Positions 28,720 through 38,361 of a stretch of 64,000 nucleotides of DNA are shown one piece after another (within the stretch, counting starts at the first letter, position 1; every line of letters begins with the position of its first letter). Position numbers and translations under genes: made by a program. Where the stretch lies: IMG/VR virus record IMGVR_UViG_3300020050_009209. One strand, written 5' to 3'. This DNA is from a virus. Taxonomy: Duplodnaviria > Caudoviricetes. The notes beneath the pieces are model-generated. The model was not told the DNA's origin. It did no database searches and was given only the letters and a program-made list of their open reading frames with translations.

Positions 28720-29274
28720 ATGCTGGTAGTTACTCCTAGGGGTGAGATGCGCCCACTTGTAAGTGAGCGATTGCAACTCACCCCACTAAGTACCCAAGAC
28801 ACGACGGGGATGTTTGAGGGGGTAGAGGCCTCTCGCGCACAGCTCAAGCAATGGCTGCCTTGGGTCCCATTTGTCCACGACTTCGACTCAACGCTACGGT
28901 ATATCGAATCCAGTATGTCCGACTGGGACTCTGGAACGGCCTACCGTTTTGCAATCCATAACGAAGGCAAGTTTCTTGGAGTTATCGGTCTTGAGGGGGT
29001 CTCCCACATGCACGATAACGTAGAACTAGGCTACTGGATTCGATCAGATGTAGCTAGTCAAGGCTATACCACGGAAGCCGCAACTCTAATCCTACCCTGG
29101 GCATTCGCAGCTCGGGTTCACAGGGTTAGAGTTGCAGCTGCTACAACGAACCTAGCCTCCTTACGAGTGATACGTAAGTTGGGGTTCCACCATGAAGGAG
29201 TCTCCCGTGGTGCCGAGCGTTGTAACGGTAAGTGGCTAGACCACGAAGTGTTCTCGTTGCTTAAGACGGACTGA
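28720..29274 (+). CDS. RimJ/RimL-type GNAT acetyltransferase
   Basis: WLPW, ELGYWI..QGYTTEA, NLASLRVIRKLGF..EG. Confidence 0.9.
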   Translation: MLVVTPRGEMRPLVSERLQLTPLSTQDTTGMFEGVEASRAQLKQWLPWVPFVHDFDSTLRYIESSMSDWDSGTAYRFAIHNEGKFLGVIGLEGVSHMHDNVELGYWIRSDVASQGYTTEAATLILPWAFAARVHRVRVAAATTNLASLRVIRKLGFHHEGVSRGAERCNGKWLDHEVFSLLKTD

Positions 29275-30475
29275 ACTTACGGGTATTCGAAGGGCTGGGA
29301 GCTGAATCCTTAGCCTCAGCTGAAGTGACTCCCGCAAGGAGTTTCTTCATCAGTTTAATGCTAGCGATTACCTCTTCCGTGGTATCTCCACTTTGGAGAC
29401 GAAGAGCAATCTCCCTCACGTAGTCCTGAGAGAGCCCCTCGGAGGCGAGTACAAAAGAGTCGATATCCCACTGCATCGGGCTATCTTTCAAGTACCCTGA
29501 AAGAAGGCTCTTCCGCTCTTCGGGAGCTGGGAGAGGAAACTCAAACCACGTATCTACTCTACCAGGGCGTAGAAGCCCAGCGTCGAAGGAGTCTGTTGTG
29601 TTTGAGGTCAAGATTACGGATGTTTTGGGGTGGTCAATCTTGAACTTCTGGAGGAGGTCAAGGACTGTAGGCATGACCTTCGACAGGTCCGCCTTATCCA
29701 GATCATCGATGATTAGGAATTCTGGGTTCAGGCCATCCAGCAGAAATGACATCGCCTGCACCTCACAGTAAGCTAGGGTAGATGCATCGAACTTGAGAAT
29801 ACGGCTACCTAACCTAGAGGCGAATTCCATTGCGAATGAGGTCTTACCCGTACCTGGAGGTCCGAAAAACATGTAGGACCTAGGTACTCCTTGCGCTACC
29901 CAGGCTCGATGCCGCTGCACTCTTTTCTGCATTTGCACCTCAGCGTCACCATACAACGGACTATTCAGCACCCCAAAGCTTGTAAACTTGTGATCGATGC
30001 GACCCGACGAGTTCACTGCGGATACATGGATTCGACCGTCATAGACGCTCCACATCTTGTCGAACGCTTCCTCGAACACAAACCCCTTGGAGTGGTAGAA
30101 GGTTGGCTCCTTTCGACCATCGCTATACCGGTACTCTAGAAAGAACAGGCGCCCATGCGTTGGAGAGGTTGCCTCAATTACATCTAGGTACTCGGTAATC
30201 CCGTACTTGTGGACATGAAACTCATCTTTGAGCTTGGTATCGAAGAACAAGCTCACAAATTGAGCATTCATGGTTGAGTCAAGGTTGTACTTCTGAACGA
30301 GAGTTGCGGCTCCATGGTTTTTCCCAGGATTGACAGCGTCTTCGATGACGTCAATCAGCGAGAGGCACTTTACGAAAGTGGTAAAGGCAGAGTCCTCACT
30401 TTTTGGTAGCTTATCTGCCACCGCAGTAGCTACCTTGAGGCCTAGTCGAATACGATGGAAAAACTCTAGGTTCAT
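29261..30475 (-). CDS. AAA+ ATPase
   Basis: GPPGTGKT, IIDDLD (Walker B Glu replaced by Asp), TSN, LLRPGRVD. Confidence 0.88.
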   Translation of the reverse strand: MNLEFFHRIRLGLKVATAVADKLPKSEDSAFTTFVKCLSLIDVIEDAVNPGKNHGAATLVQKYNLDSTMNAQFVSLFFDTKLKDEFHVHKYGITEYLDVIEATSPTHGRLFFLEYRYSDGRKEPTFYHSKGFVFEEAFDKMWSVYDGRIHVSAVNSSGRIDHKFTSFGVLNSPLYGDAEVQMQKRVQRHRAWVAQGVPRSYMFFGPPGTGKTSFAMEFASRLGSRILKFDASTLAYCEVQAMSFLLDGLNPEFLIIDDLDKADLSKVMPTVLDLLQKFKIDHPKTSVILTSNTTDSFDAGLLRPGRVDTWFEFPLPAPEERKSLLSGYLKDSPMQWDIDSFVLASEGLSQDYVREIALRLQSGDTTEEVIASIKLMKKLLAGVTSAEAKDSAPSPSNTRKFSPS

Positions 30476-31002
30476 GCGGTAAGTACCCCTGTCTCTGTGA
30501 TGTAGTCTTTGGTACTTAGAGCGGATAGTACACTAGAGTTCATTGTAAGTCCTGTCCCCTTTTGGGTGGCGTAGCGATTTACAGTGTGCTCCTTGTGTCC
30601 ATCTCGATAGGTGCGAGAGGGTAACCTTCGGACAGCGATTGTGTGGACCTGCGACCCTGAACCAGACTCGCCAAAATACGGGAGAAGCGTCATAGTGAGT
30701 GTACCACTTTTCTGTAGCAAGTACTGGTCTATCTCACTTATGGGAGTTACGGGGTTCAAGTTGTTTTCTAGGGGTATGTCGTTCTGAATGAAGTCGCCTA
30801 AGAGGTACAACCCTAGGTCAAAGGTTGGAGCAAGTACCACAACACTTGCTCCAAGACTGAACTTCAAGACATTGTGTGCCGCTCGAACGTCAAGCACTAG
30901 GTTGTTGGCCAAGACTACCCCACTGAGGTCAGGAAGAATTCGGTCGAATCTAGACCGCGTATCTTCCACATCTAGGTCCAACGTCCAGGTGTAACGATTC
31001 AT
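30472..31002 (-). CDS. hypothetical protein with N-proximal SRFDRI tag
   Basis: TRSRFDRILPD. Confidence 0.65.
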   Translation of the reverse strand: MNRYTWTLDLDVEDTRSRFDRILPDLSGVVLANNLVLDVRAAHNVLKFSLGASVVVLAPTFDLGLYLLGDFIQNDIPLENNLNPVTPISEIDQYLLQKSGTLTMTLLPYFGESGSGSQVHTIAVRRLPSRTYRDGHKEHTVNRYATQKGTGLTMNSSVLSALSTKDYITETGVLTA

Positions 31003-31013
31003 ATTCTTCTTAT
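31002..31013 (+). promoter_or_regulatory. TAAYNTNCTTAT-class putative late promoter
   Basis: TATTCTTCTTAT 14 nt before ATG 31028. Confidence 0.6.
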
Positions 31014-31027
31014 CTCAAGGGTGAAGT

Positions 31028-31998
31028 ATGCCAAGTATCTTGACTAGAGTAGTACACCGGTATGCCGCAGCCACCAAGGTGGTGGTAGACCTACAGGCTA
31101 CTCTTCAAGCTCGCAGCAAGTACTCGCTGTTTTCGGATCTAATCATCGGCAAGTTCGACAGCACAACGACCATGTATCGAGTATTTGACGAGGTAGAGCT
31201 TGGACACATTCTAGCTTCCGGAAGGATCACGGGATATTTGACGAGGTAGAGCTTGGACACATTCTAGCTTCCGGAAGGATCACGGGAGGGAACTACTCTG
31301 TAAAGGCTGAGCGAGACCATGGGGCAAGTTGGGGGTCGAACATCAACGAAGTCATTCCTTGGGGGTTACGACAACTAGGGGGGCGTCTTGGACAAGAACT
31401 ATACCTAGCCAAGTTGGATGCCTTTGACGTGAGTTTTATGCACCTAGACCCCGGAGTGGCGATTGACCCCAATGGAGCCCCAGAGCAGACCATTGTGTTT
31501 GATACGAGTAGGTGTAATACAGGCCTAGGGTGCTCCCTCATCAACGTCAAGTTAGAGGACGTTGACATATTCAAGGTGAACTCACAAGGTCAGATCCAGC
31601 GGCAAAGCATCGCGGAGCTTAAGGCCGGTTTGAAGACCAAAGAAGAAGCGCCTAAGGAAGCCCCCACAGAAGACGTACCTGTAATCAACGACAAACTGAG
31701 GGACCCTACCTGGGAGCTGCAACCGAAAGCAAAAGTCATTGTCACGAAAGGATCCACACCGCTAGGAATTGGGGTGCGAGCTACAGCTCAGGTTGTAGAT
31801 GTATGGCAGCGTGTTGTGGGGGGTAAGCCTGAAAAGGAAGTCATGGTAAGGCTGCAATTCGTGTACCCCAGGAAGACCCCTGACAAGTGGACGCGAGAGC
31901 CAATTACCCTATACGCGACACATGCGAACAGACTGAAAGACCATGAGATAGCGCTTCTAGACAGCCGAGGTAGCCGGGTACTGATTAAGAAGCGCTAG
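31028..31998 (+). pseudogene. RVVHRYAAA-tagged gene frameshifted by a 53-bp tandem duplication
   Basis: Removing one copy of the 31182-31287 repeat gives 918 nt (305 aa) joining ORFs 31028..31249 and 31414..31998. Confidence 0.8.
31182..31287 (+). repeat. perfect 53-bp tandem duplication
   Basis: TATTTGACGAGGTAGAGCTTGGACACATTCTAGCTTCCGGAAGGATCACGGGA x2. Confidence 0.95.
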
Positions 31999-32003
31999 GT
32001 AGA

Positions 32004-32045
32004 CTACACCGTTTTTCTCTAGCTCTGGGTTGAAAATCGGTGTAG
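32004..32045. promoter_or_regulatory. second divergent pair of GGTGTA motifs
   Basis: CTACACCGTTTTTC / GAAAATCGGTGTAG, 13 of 14 inverted match. Confidence 0.55.
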
Positions 32046-32079
32046 AGGTAAAGGCTACCCCTTTAACCCAGAGCGTAAA

Positions 32080-33276
32080 ATGAAAAAAGAGCTACTAGTC
32101 CCTACAAGTTGGTGGAACTCAACGAAGGCTACCGTCGTAGGTAACCTTGGACCGCTAGGTGGGATGCTACTTGACCAAGCGATGGCCTCAAAGGCTACCC
32201 TGTACAGTGGACACTGCCAAGGCTTCCTGGAGCACCCAGACCTAGAAGAGGGTAAGAAGTACCTTCTCGAAGCTCTAGTAGAAAAGACCGGAGCCCACAC
32301 CCCCTACACGGAAGGGCCGATTTTCGGCCGGGGCACCTTCGACACCTGGCTGACCTGGGATACTGGCGCCATTCAGCTGAAGATTGGGCTTGACAACAAG
32401 TTGTCTGTTACTGTCTCCTGCTTGGACGAGAGCACTTACATGCTCGTTGCGGACACTCTTGGGGAGCACATCCTTCCAGACCATGTTCGACAGCCCGTGT
32501 ACTCCCTCGCTGAAGGGCCTCAAGGAGTTGAAATCATTGAGGTTGGGTTGGCTGGGCAAGACTTCGAGGACGACAACTACGAAGCTGAAACGGTTGAGGG
32601 TTTCTACTCAATTGCAGCTGAGCTTCAACGGGATAACCCTATCGGAAGGCTTGTTATCCTGGAGGGAAGCCCTGGTAGCGGTAAGACGTTCCTAGTTAGA
32701 GGGCTCATCCATGAGGTGTTGGATGCCATCTTTGTGCTGGTCCCTCCGCACCTAGTAGACAGTCTTGCTGGCCCTCAGCTTGTACCCATGTTGGTCCGAG
32801 CGAGGGGGATGGCTGGAACCAATCGCCCTATCGTACTGGTCATTGAGGACGCAGATAAGGCCCTTGTTCCACGAGATGAGGGGTCCCTTGCGGCAATTAG
32901 TGCCTTGTTGAATGTGTCGGATGGCATCCTAGGCCATGCACTCAACATTCGGGTGCTTTGCACGACCAACGCTACGATCGACCAAATCGACTCGGCTCTT
33001 CTCCGACCTGGAAGGCTATCTCGACACCTCCATCTGGGGGATCTTAGTCCTGAGAAAGCTAAAGAGGTTTTCATACGGCTGACGAACGGAGAAAAGGGAG
33101 AGTTGGAGTTTGACAAGCCAACCTCGCTAGCTCAGGTGTACGAGACCATCAAGGCTCTTCAGATAATGGAAGACGATGAGGAAGACGAAGAAGAGGATGC
33201 GGGGGACGACGATGACGATGAGGATGAGGATGACGATGATGAGGATGACGACGAAGACGAGGATGACGACGAGTAA
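32080..33276 (+). CDS. AAA+ ATPase with Asp/Glu C-terminal tail
   Basis: GSPGSGKT, VIEDAD, TTN, ALLRPGRL; about 33-residue acidic tail. Confidence 0.88.
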   Translation: MKKELLVPTSWWNSTKATVVGNLGPLGGMLLDQAMASKATLYSGHCQGFLEHPDLEEGKKYLLEALVEKTGAHTPYTEGPIFGRGTFDTWLTWDTGAIQLKIGLDNKLSVTVSCLDESTYMLVADTLGEHILPDHVRQPVYSLAEGPQGVEIIEVGLAGQDFEDDNYEAETVEGFYSIAAELQRDNPIGRLVILEGSPGSGKTFLVRGLIHEVLDAIFVLVPPHLVDSLAGPQLVPMLVRARGMAGTNRPIVLVIEDADKALVPRDEGSLAAISALLNVSDGILGHALNIRVLCTTNATIDQIDSALLRPGRLSRHLHLGDLSPEKAKEVFIRLTNGEKGELEFDKPTSLAQVYETIKALQIMEDDEEDEEEDAGDDDDDEDEDDDDEDDDEDEDDDE

Positions 33277-33282
33277 CCAGTC

Positions 33283-33429
33283 TTGATCTGGAGAAAGCCT
33301 AGGTTCCGGGTCGCTGTATGGGTAAGTGTCAGTGTTATTGCACTGACACTTACCGTAAATGTGGCCTTCGAGTTGATACGTTGGGTGTCTAGCACAGCGC
33401 AAAGTAAGGACGTACGTGAAGCCCACTGA
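33283..33429 (+). CDS. small membrane protein (48 aa)
   Basis: TTG start; MIWRKPRFRVAVWVSVSVIALTLTVNVAFELIRW...; contains a perfect 14-bp hairpin 33321-33354. Confidence 0.45.
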   Translation: MIWRKPRFRVAVWVSVSVIALTLTVNVAFELIRWVSSTAQSKDVREAH

Positions 33430-33706
33430 CATGACAATTCTTAGGGCGCTCCTGGATGCTGGGAAGAAGAACCTATCCACAGCTGAGGCAAAAGCCTTCA
33501 AGGGCATGCTATTTGACTTGGAAGGGGGAAAGTACATTCGACTGTCCAAGTCTCAACGAGAGTGGGCGGAGAAGAAGTACTATGGTTTACAACTTGACCG
33601 CGTGTATCGCGACACTCCACCCCCTCCTGTAGTGTCCGTAAAACCTAAGACTCCCACCGTGTATGCTTGGGAGCAGAATAAAGTCCTTAAGCCTCCTGGA
33701 CGGTAG
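33416..33706 (+). CDS. hypothetical protein
   Basis: AAGGA SD; ends LKPPGR. Confidence 0.65.
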   Translation: MKPTDMTILRALLDAGKKNLSTAEAKAFKGMLFDLEGGKYIRLSKSQREWAEKKYYGLQLDRVYRDTPPPPVVSVKPKTPTVYAWEQNKVLKPPGR

Positions 33707-34624
33707 ATGCTCATTCAATTTGACCGCCCCAATCTGCGAATTGACTCTAGCCGGTACCCTCAACACTTGGTACTCATACTTCTGAGTCGGAATCTCACGC
33801 CAACAAGTGTAACTTGTGAGCTTGACTCTTTTGACCAGCTGTTAGCCCCAACTAGAGTCCACTACCTAGATGGAGATCAGCGTATCATAAGAGCTACGTC
33901 AGATAATGGCCTACAGGTGTCCGAGTACGCAGTTTCATTTGAGTCACTGTACGATCCAGACACTAGAAGGCGGCGCCAGCCTCTGGAGTTCAGGTTAAGA
34001 GTCGACTCTCTCTACCTAGAGGACCGAGCTTACCACACAAGGCATGTCGAACTTAACGTAACTTTCCCCTTAGTAGGTGGAGTTGGGACTCTGACTCTAA
34101 ACCCCACCGCTGGGTTTCAATACGACATAGCATCTTCAATAGAGTTACGCCCACCCAACATCGTACAGTTGTGCGACTCGACCGAGATCCTCACTAGTTA
34201 CCGTAGGACTCACGCAGGAAGGGTGCGAAGTCCTGAGGCACACACTCTACGTGATTGGCGAATTGCTAATCCTCAACTCAGTCAGCTAGACTTAGATAGC
34301 GTGCACAGCAGCTTCATCCCTGAGGCTCCCACGGTTTCCGTCAATTTCCCGTCGCTCGAACAAATTGAGAATGCAGTAACTACATTAACCACTAGCCAGC
34401 TCTCGACACTACTAGCCATTGACCCAGAGCAGGCTATTGACCTGGAGCGAGAGCGAGAGTTGCTGAGGGAAGAACTTAACCCAAAGGTAGCCCCCCAAGT
34501 GCCAACGAGTCGATTCGTTCGACCTAACCTAGACACGGACGAATTACTACCGTCTGATGCTAGCTTGGATCAGTCGCCTCCAAAGAGCAGTCTTTCCGGG
34601 GAGGGCAAGAGGGAAGGAGACTGA
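33707..34624 (+). CDS. hypothetical protein
   Basis: 305-aa ORF; TSRFVR near the C-terminus. Confidence 0.65.
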   Translation: MLIQFDRPNLRIDSSRYPQHLVLILLSRNLTPTSVTCELDSFDQLLAPTRVHYLDGDQRIIRATSDNGLQVSEYAVSFESLYDPDTRRRRQPLEFRLRVDSLYLEDRAYHTRHVELNVTFPLVGGVGTLTLNPTAGFQYDIASSIELRPPNIVQLCDSTEILTSYRRTHAGRVRSPEAHTLRDWRIANPQLSQLDLDSVHSSFIPEAPTVSVNFPSLEQIENAVTTLTTSQLSTLLAIDPEQAIDLERERELLREELNPKVAPQVPTSRFVRPNLDTDELLPSDASLDQSPPKSSLSGEGKREGD

Positions 34625-35101
34625 AAGTTTCTCATCCCCTGTGTCCCCACCCCAAAACACGACTTCGTATGCAGTCCAGTCGATGGGCCCAAAAGTCACA
34701 TCCTTGTCGGCCTTTGGTGCGTAACTTAGGGTTACATGTGGCTTGTACACAGGGAAGTTCTTGTTGTATTCGACCCCTGCCTTGTCTAGGGACTTCTTGA
34801 GACTTGCATGTAACTCGTGAAGCTCTGGAGAGGTTACTGGGCAGATGATAGGGACAACATCCTTGTCTTCTCCCTTAGGGAAAGAGGAAACACGGTCTAA
34901 CTCTACCGAGAAGGGTTTCGTCTTAGAGACTACCTCGTAGATGGCCACAATAATGGGTCCTACATCATCGATGGGGAGGTCCTTACCGGTCACAAAAAGG
35001 GTGATGTGGTAGTGATTGATCGGCTCCTTGTCTCCAGGTACGCTCAGACCTGTAAGAAGCCTACCCACCTCTAGTGGTACTCGTAACCCGATAAAGCTCA
35101 T
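34547..35101 (-). CDS. 2H phosphoesterase (LigT/Acb1-like)
   Basis: Two HxT motifs YHITLF and PHVTLS; TTAT-N14-ATG upstream. Confidence 0.88.
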   Translation of the reverse strand: MSFIGLRVPLEVGRLLTGLSVPGDKEPINHYHITLFVTGKDLPIDDVGPIIVAIYEVVSKTKPFSVELDRVSSFPKGEDKDVVPIICPVTSPELHELHASLKKSLDKAGVEYNKNFPVYKPHVTLSYAPKADKDVTFGPIDWTAYEVVFWGGDTGDEKLSVSFPLALPGKTALWRRLIQASIRR

Positions 35102-35163
35102 ACTACCCCCTGAGCATAACATGAAACGTCACTCAAGTCCCGCTCTCCGGTGTATGAGTCTAA

Positions 35164-35376
35164 GTGGTGTACCGGTCCTCCTACCTTCCTAATTTGACTC
35201 CCAAACGGCAGTGGTTACGAAGTTTATGCTGGATCTTTGGACATAGGTGGGTTACTACTCGTGAGCAATTTAGCGCACTGCAAGCTATCCACCCACTTGC
35301 AAGATGCGATGCCTACTGTACTCGGTGTAGTTACACTTGGCTAGACTATGAAAAAGGGGACTCGACGAATGGTTGA
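35164..35376 (+). CDS. hypothetical protein (C..FGH.W...CxxC)
   Basis: GGTGTA 9 nt before GTG. Confidence 0.6.
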   Translation: MVYRSSYLPNLTPKRQWLRSLCWIFGHRWVTTREQFSALQAIHPLARCDAYCTRCSYTWLDYEKGDSTNG

Positions 35377-35989
35377 TCGGATTGAAGTGGGCGATAGGGT
35401 TCGTAGTAATGTTGCATTTGACCCCTTGGTTCACGAGGGAATCGTGCAAAGCATCAGTCTGGGTTATACGAGTCAAGGCCCTGCCCCCATCCTAAGGATC
35501 AAAGTAGATATGAAGGATGGTGTGGCACTCGACCCAACGCACACCTTTGAGTCTGCTGCGATTCTGTGGGGTAAGGTTCAAGACGACTCGACTACGAAAG
35601 ATTGGGACAAACCTGTGAAGTCAGACATCTGTGAGACTTGTGGGATATCCCACTCAAAGGGGCCGTTTACCCCAGAGATGCTTGACCTGTTCGATCGATG
35701 GCAGCAAGCTCTCGAAGCAGACCAAGAGGTCATTCTACTTGAGCTTGTCGATAGGTTCAGGGACCACATGACCCCCATGGATACCTCAGTTCCAGACAGC
35801 GTACATAAGCTACTGGCCAAGGCAGATGCAGCAGACGAAAAAGCTAGGCATAGTCGCATTGCCATTGGTCGAGTGCTCGTTCACAACCTGAAGGAGATGG
35901 CGAATCAGAGCAAGTTGGAGCGCCAACTCTTGAGTGCCTTGCTACCTAAAACTCAAGCTCCGAAAAAAGAAGAGGGGAGCTTGAATTGA
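35369..35989 (+). CDS. hypothetical protein
   Basis: ORF 35348..35989; GGGG before ATG 35369. Confidence 0.65.
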   Translation: MVDRIEVGDRVRSNVAFDPLVHEGIVQSISLGYTSQGPAPILRIKVDMKDGVALDPTHTFESAAILWGKVQDDSTTKDWDKPVKSDICETCGISHSKGPFTPEMLDLFDRWQQALEADQEVILLELVDRFRDHMTPMDTSVPDSVHKLLAKADAADEKARHSRIAIGRVLVHNLKEMANQSKLERQLLSALLPKTQAPKKEEGSLN

Positions 35990-36246
35990 CCCTGCTTCCA
36001 GATGCTCTAGTAGTTGACCCTTCCCCTGAAGTCCATCGCTCCCTCCACCTAGACCTAGATGAAATAGAGACCTTCGATAAGGATATCTCTGCTCTTAGGG
36101 AAGTGGCTCAACAGCACGAGCTAGAGGTTGATAGGTTGAAGATCATCCTACGGGCACTCTACGACCGCATCAATGAGCATAGAGATGCTAGGGGTGAGAA
36201 AGTCAAGACCCTTATTCTAAAGTTGAAGCAGGTAGCTAGCAAATGA
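35986..36246 (+). CDS. coiled-coil hypothetical protein
   Basis: 4-nt overlap. Confidence 0.6.
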   Translation: MTLLPDALVVDPSPEVHRSLHLDLDEIETFDKDISALREVAQQHELEVDRLKIILRALYDRINEHRDARGEKVKTLILKLKQVASK

Positions 36247-36494
36247 AGATACCAGCCCCTGGCTTTCCCGGCCCACCTAACTCCGCCAGATCCTGGTCCT
36301 TGAGGGAGAGCTACATGCTCTACAGCTCAGGATTTAGAGACGGAGCAAGCACAAAGGCAATGCGTTCCAATTGTAAGGGGGCTCTCCCTTACGACCAAGG
36401 CTATGCCGATGGGCAAAAAGCATACCAAAGCGCAGTAGGATCCTACTGCAAGGCCATAGGGCATACGCCCTCGATTCTCAGGACGACCGAGTAG
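36243..36494 (+). CDS. hypothetical protein
   Basis: ATGA overlap; YDQGYADG. Confidence 0.6.
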   Translation: MKIPAPGFPGPPNSARSWSLRESYMLYSSGFRDGASTKAMRSNCKGALPYDQGYADGQKAYQSAVGSYCKAIGHTPSILRTTE

Positions 36495-36532
36495 GTAAGT
36501 TGGAGCGTCAACCAACTCTTAGGAAAAGCCCC

Positions 36533-37285
36533 ATGCCCAAAGATCCAGCTCCAGTAGAGGCTACAGTAGTTATTGTCATCTACTGCCACATACATCGAGA
36601 GTCTGGAAAAAGGTACGTTGGGCAGACCCGTCTAACGATGCGACGACGATGGCTGCAACACCTTGGTTGTGTCCGTCGTGGCTCTACTTACTTTTTTCAC
36701 GCAGCAATCCGTAAGTATGGTGCTGACGCGTTTGATCACATCGTGCTTGAGGGAGTTGACTCTGAAAAGGCCGCCAACGAGGCCGAGAAACGTTGGATTA
36801 CGCTATACAAGTCCAACAATAGTGCGTTTGGGTACAATCTACATTCGGGGGGTGGAGGAGCAGCAAGAGATCCAAGCCCAGAAGGGGGACTGCGACGATC
36901 TCTTATCGCAAAAGCACGCGAAGCAGCTATGACCCCCGAGCAGAAAACAGCTCGGGCAATGCGTGGTCTTGCAGGTCTGTCGCCAGAGCAACGCAGCGAA
37001 ATTGCTCGGCGACGTGAAGCCAATAGGACCCCAGAAGCACGCTCACGGAGCATGCGACATGCCCGTCAAGCTCAAAACCCAAAACCCAGGAAAGAGCCTA
37101 CACCTCGCAAACTATTAACGCCGGAACAGCGTAGAGAAGCGATCCTATTGCGTGAGGCAAGGAAAACGCCGGAACAACGCAGTGAGGCTGTAAGAAAAGG
37201 TCACGCAAAGCGAACACCGGAAGCCAAAACCGCTGCCGTACAGAGAATGGTTGAAGCTAAACGCAAGGCACTCAAGATCGGATGA
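36533..37285 (+). CDS. GIY-YIG homing endonuclease with TPEQR repeats
   Basis: IYCHIHRESGKRYVGQT, AIRKYG, AEKRWI, GYNL. Confidence 0.88.
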   Translation: MPKDPAPVEATVVIVIYCHIHRESGKRYVGQTRLTMRRRWLQHLGCVRRGSTYFFHAAIRKYGADAFDHIVLEGVDSEKAANEAEKRWITLYKSNNSAFGYNLHSGGGGAARDPSPEGGLRRSLIAKAREAAMTPEQKTARAMRGLAGLSPEQRSEIARRREANRTPEARSRSMRHARQAQNPKPRKEPTPRKLLTPEQRREAILLREARKTPEQRSEAVRKGHAKRTPEAKTAAVQRMVEAKRKALKIG

Positions 37286-37412
37286 CTCCCTTCCTCTTAC
37301 CCTGACTTACGGAACTGAGAAGGGATCATACCTGAAGGGGCGGATGCTTAGCATTCGCCCCTTCTCGTTATCCAGTACCGAAATCCTAGCCGTCCAAACT
37401 TCAAGAGGAGGC

Positions 37413-37892
37413 TTAGAATCGATCATAGCGAGATTTAGGGGTGGCGTGTCTCACTGCCTCGATTATCCTGAGGCACTTGGCCTTATCTAGAAAGCCTATC
37501 CTTAGGTAGTCCTGTGGCACACCTAAGAGGGTGTGAATCTCCCCATACTCACACTTACTCCTATCCCAGAAGGTATGCATAGCCTCATACGCTTGATGCC
37601 GTAGCTTTCGCGTCTCAGCGTTTGCAGGAAACCCTAGTGGTTTGGCAGAACGATTACAAGAGAGGGACCCCTTACACTGAGTCTCTCTCCAATTGACGCA
37701 ACCGTAGAAAATGCCGAACTTACTGTCCTTCAGGATGAGCAGTGCTCCACAGTCTGGACACTCCAGGTCATACCTTTGCTTTGGGTAGGTTTGAGCCAGT
37801 ACTTCCCGACTGGTCAACCTCCTGGGGACCTCGAATGGAAAGGGGTCCTCAGAGGTTAGCGCTAACCCAATAGAGTTGTCGTCAAATGCCAT
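37413..37892 (-). CDS. zinc-finger protein (topoisomerase C4/DUF3268-like) with C-terminal SRYDRF tag
   Basis: CPDCG..FYGC..QC..PLGFPA; ends KSRYDRF*. Confidence 0.75.
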   Translation of the reverse strand: MAFDDNSIGLALTSEDPFPFEVPRRLTSREVLAQTYPKQRYDLECPDCGALLILKDSKFGIFYGCVNWRETQCKGSLSCNRSAKPLGFPANAETRKLRHQAYEAMHTFWDRSKCEYGEIHTLLGVPQDYLRIGFLDKAKCLRIIEAVRHATPKSRYDRF

Positions 37893-38361
37893 TGGACCCT
37901 GGTACGAGTTGAAATGTAGTCGGGGGTAGAAACTCTGCCAAGCTCTCTTGAGTGTACCCTAAGCTCATCCAACGGTCAGGTGGGGCCAGTTTCTTCCAAT
38001 TGGTAATTGGAGCGCATCGAATTGCGGTCAACCAAAATTGCAGTAGAGCCCCTGCCCGCTTCACTTGGACGTACTTACGGTCTGGCAGTAGTTTCTGGTG
38101 CAGCGCCCTACCGAGATGTTCTACCCGTGCCAGAATCAGACTTGAGTCGGGAGTGAAGACTAGAGTGGGGTGGAAGGTTGGGTGGTACTTTCGCACCTCT
38201 AAGGACTGAGCCATGCCGTAGATGAGAGTTGCGTCCACTATCTCTACGTCTGGATTAGCTGAAGAAACCCCTCGTGCGTGAGGGTTGGTGTATAGAGTTT
38301 GCTGCCCCTGTGTAGGAGAAACTCTAAGTAGCAAGTTGTGTACCTCAAGGGGGGAGACCAT
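37882..38361 (-). CDS. hypothetical protein
   Basis: GGTGTA 10 nt before ATG. Confidence 0.65.
   Translation of the reverse strand: MVSPLEVHNLLLRVSPTQGQQTLYTNPHARGVSSANPDVEIVDATLIYGMAQSLEVRKYHPTFHPTLVFTPDSSLILARVEHLGRALHQKLLPDRKYVQVKRAGALLQFWLTAIRCAPITNWKKLAPPDRWMSLGYTQESLAEFLPPTTFQLVPGSNGI

Noticed and set aside
31182-31287. DGR template/variable repeat pair
   Set aside because: Copies are identical and adjacent, with no adenine-specific mismatches and no reverse transcriptase in the window.
33127-33549. Poly-Ser and hydrophobic minus-strand ORFs
   Set aside because: Antisense readings of the GAY/GAR acidic tail of the AAA ATPase.
36533-37285. GIY-YIG gene as part of a group I intron
   Set aside because: No interrupted host gene or intron core is evident; both GIY-YIG genes look free-standing.
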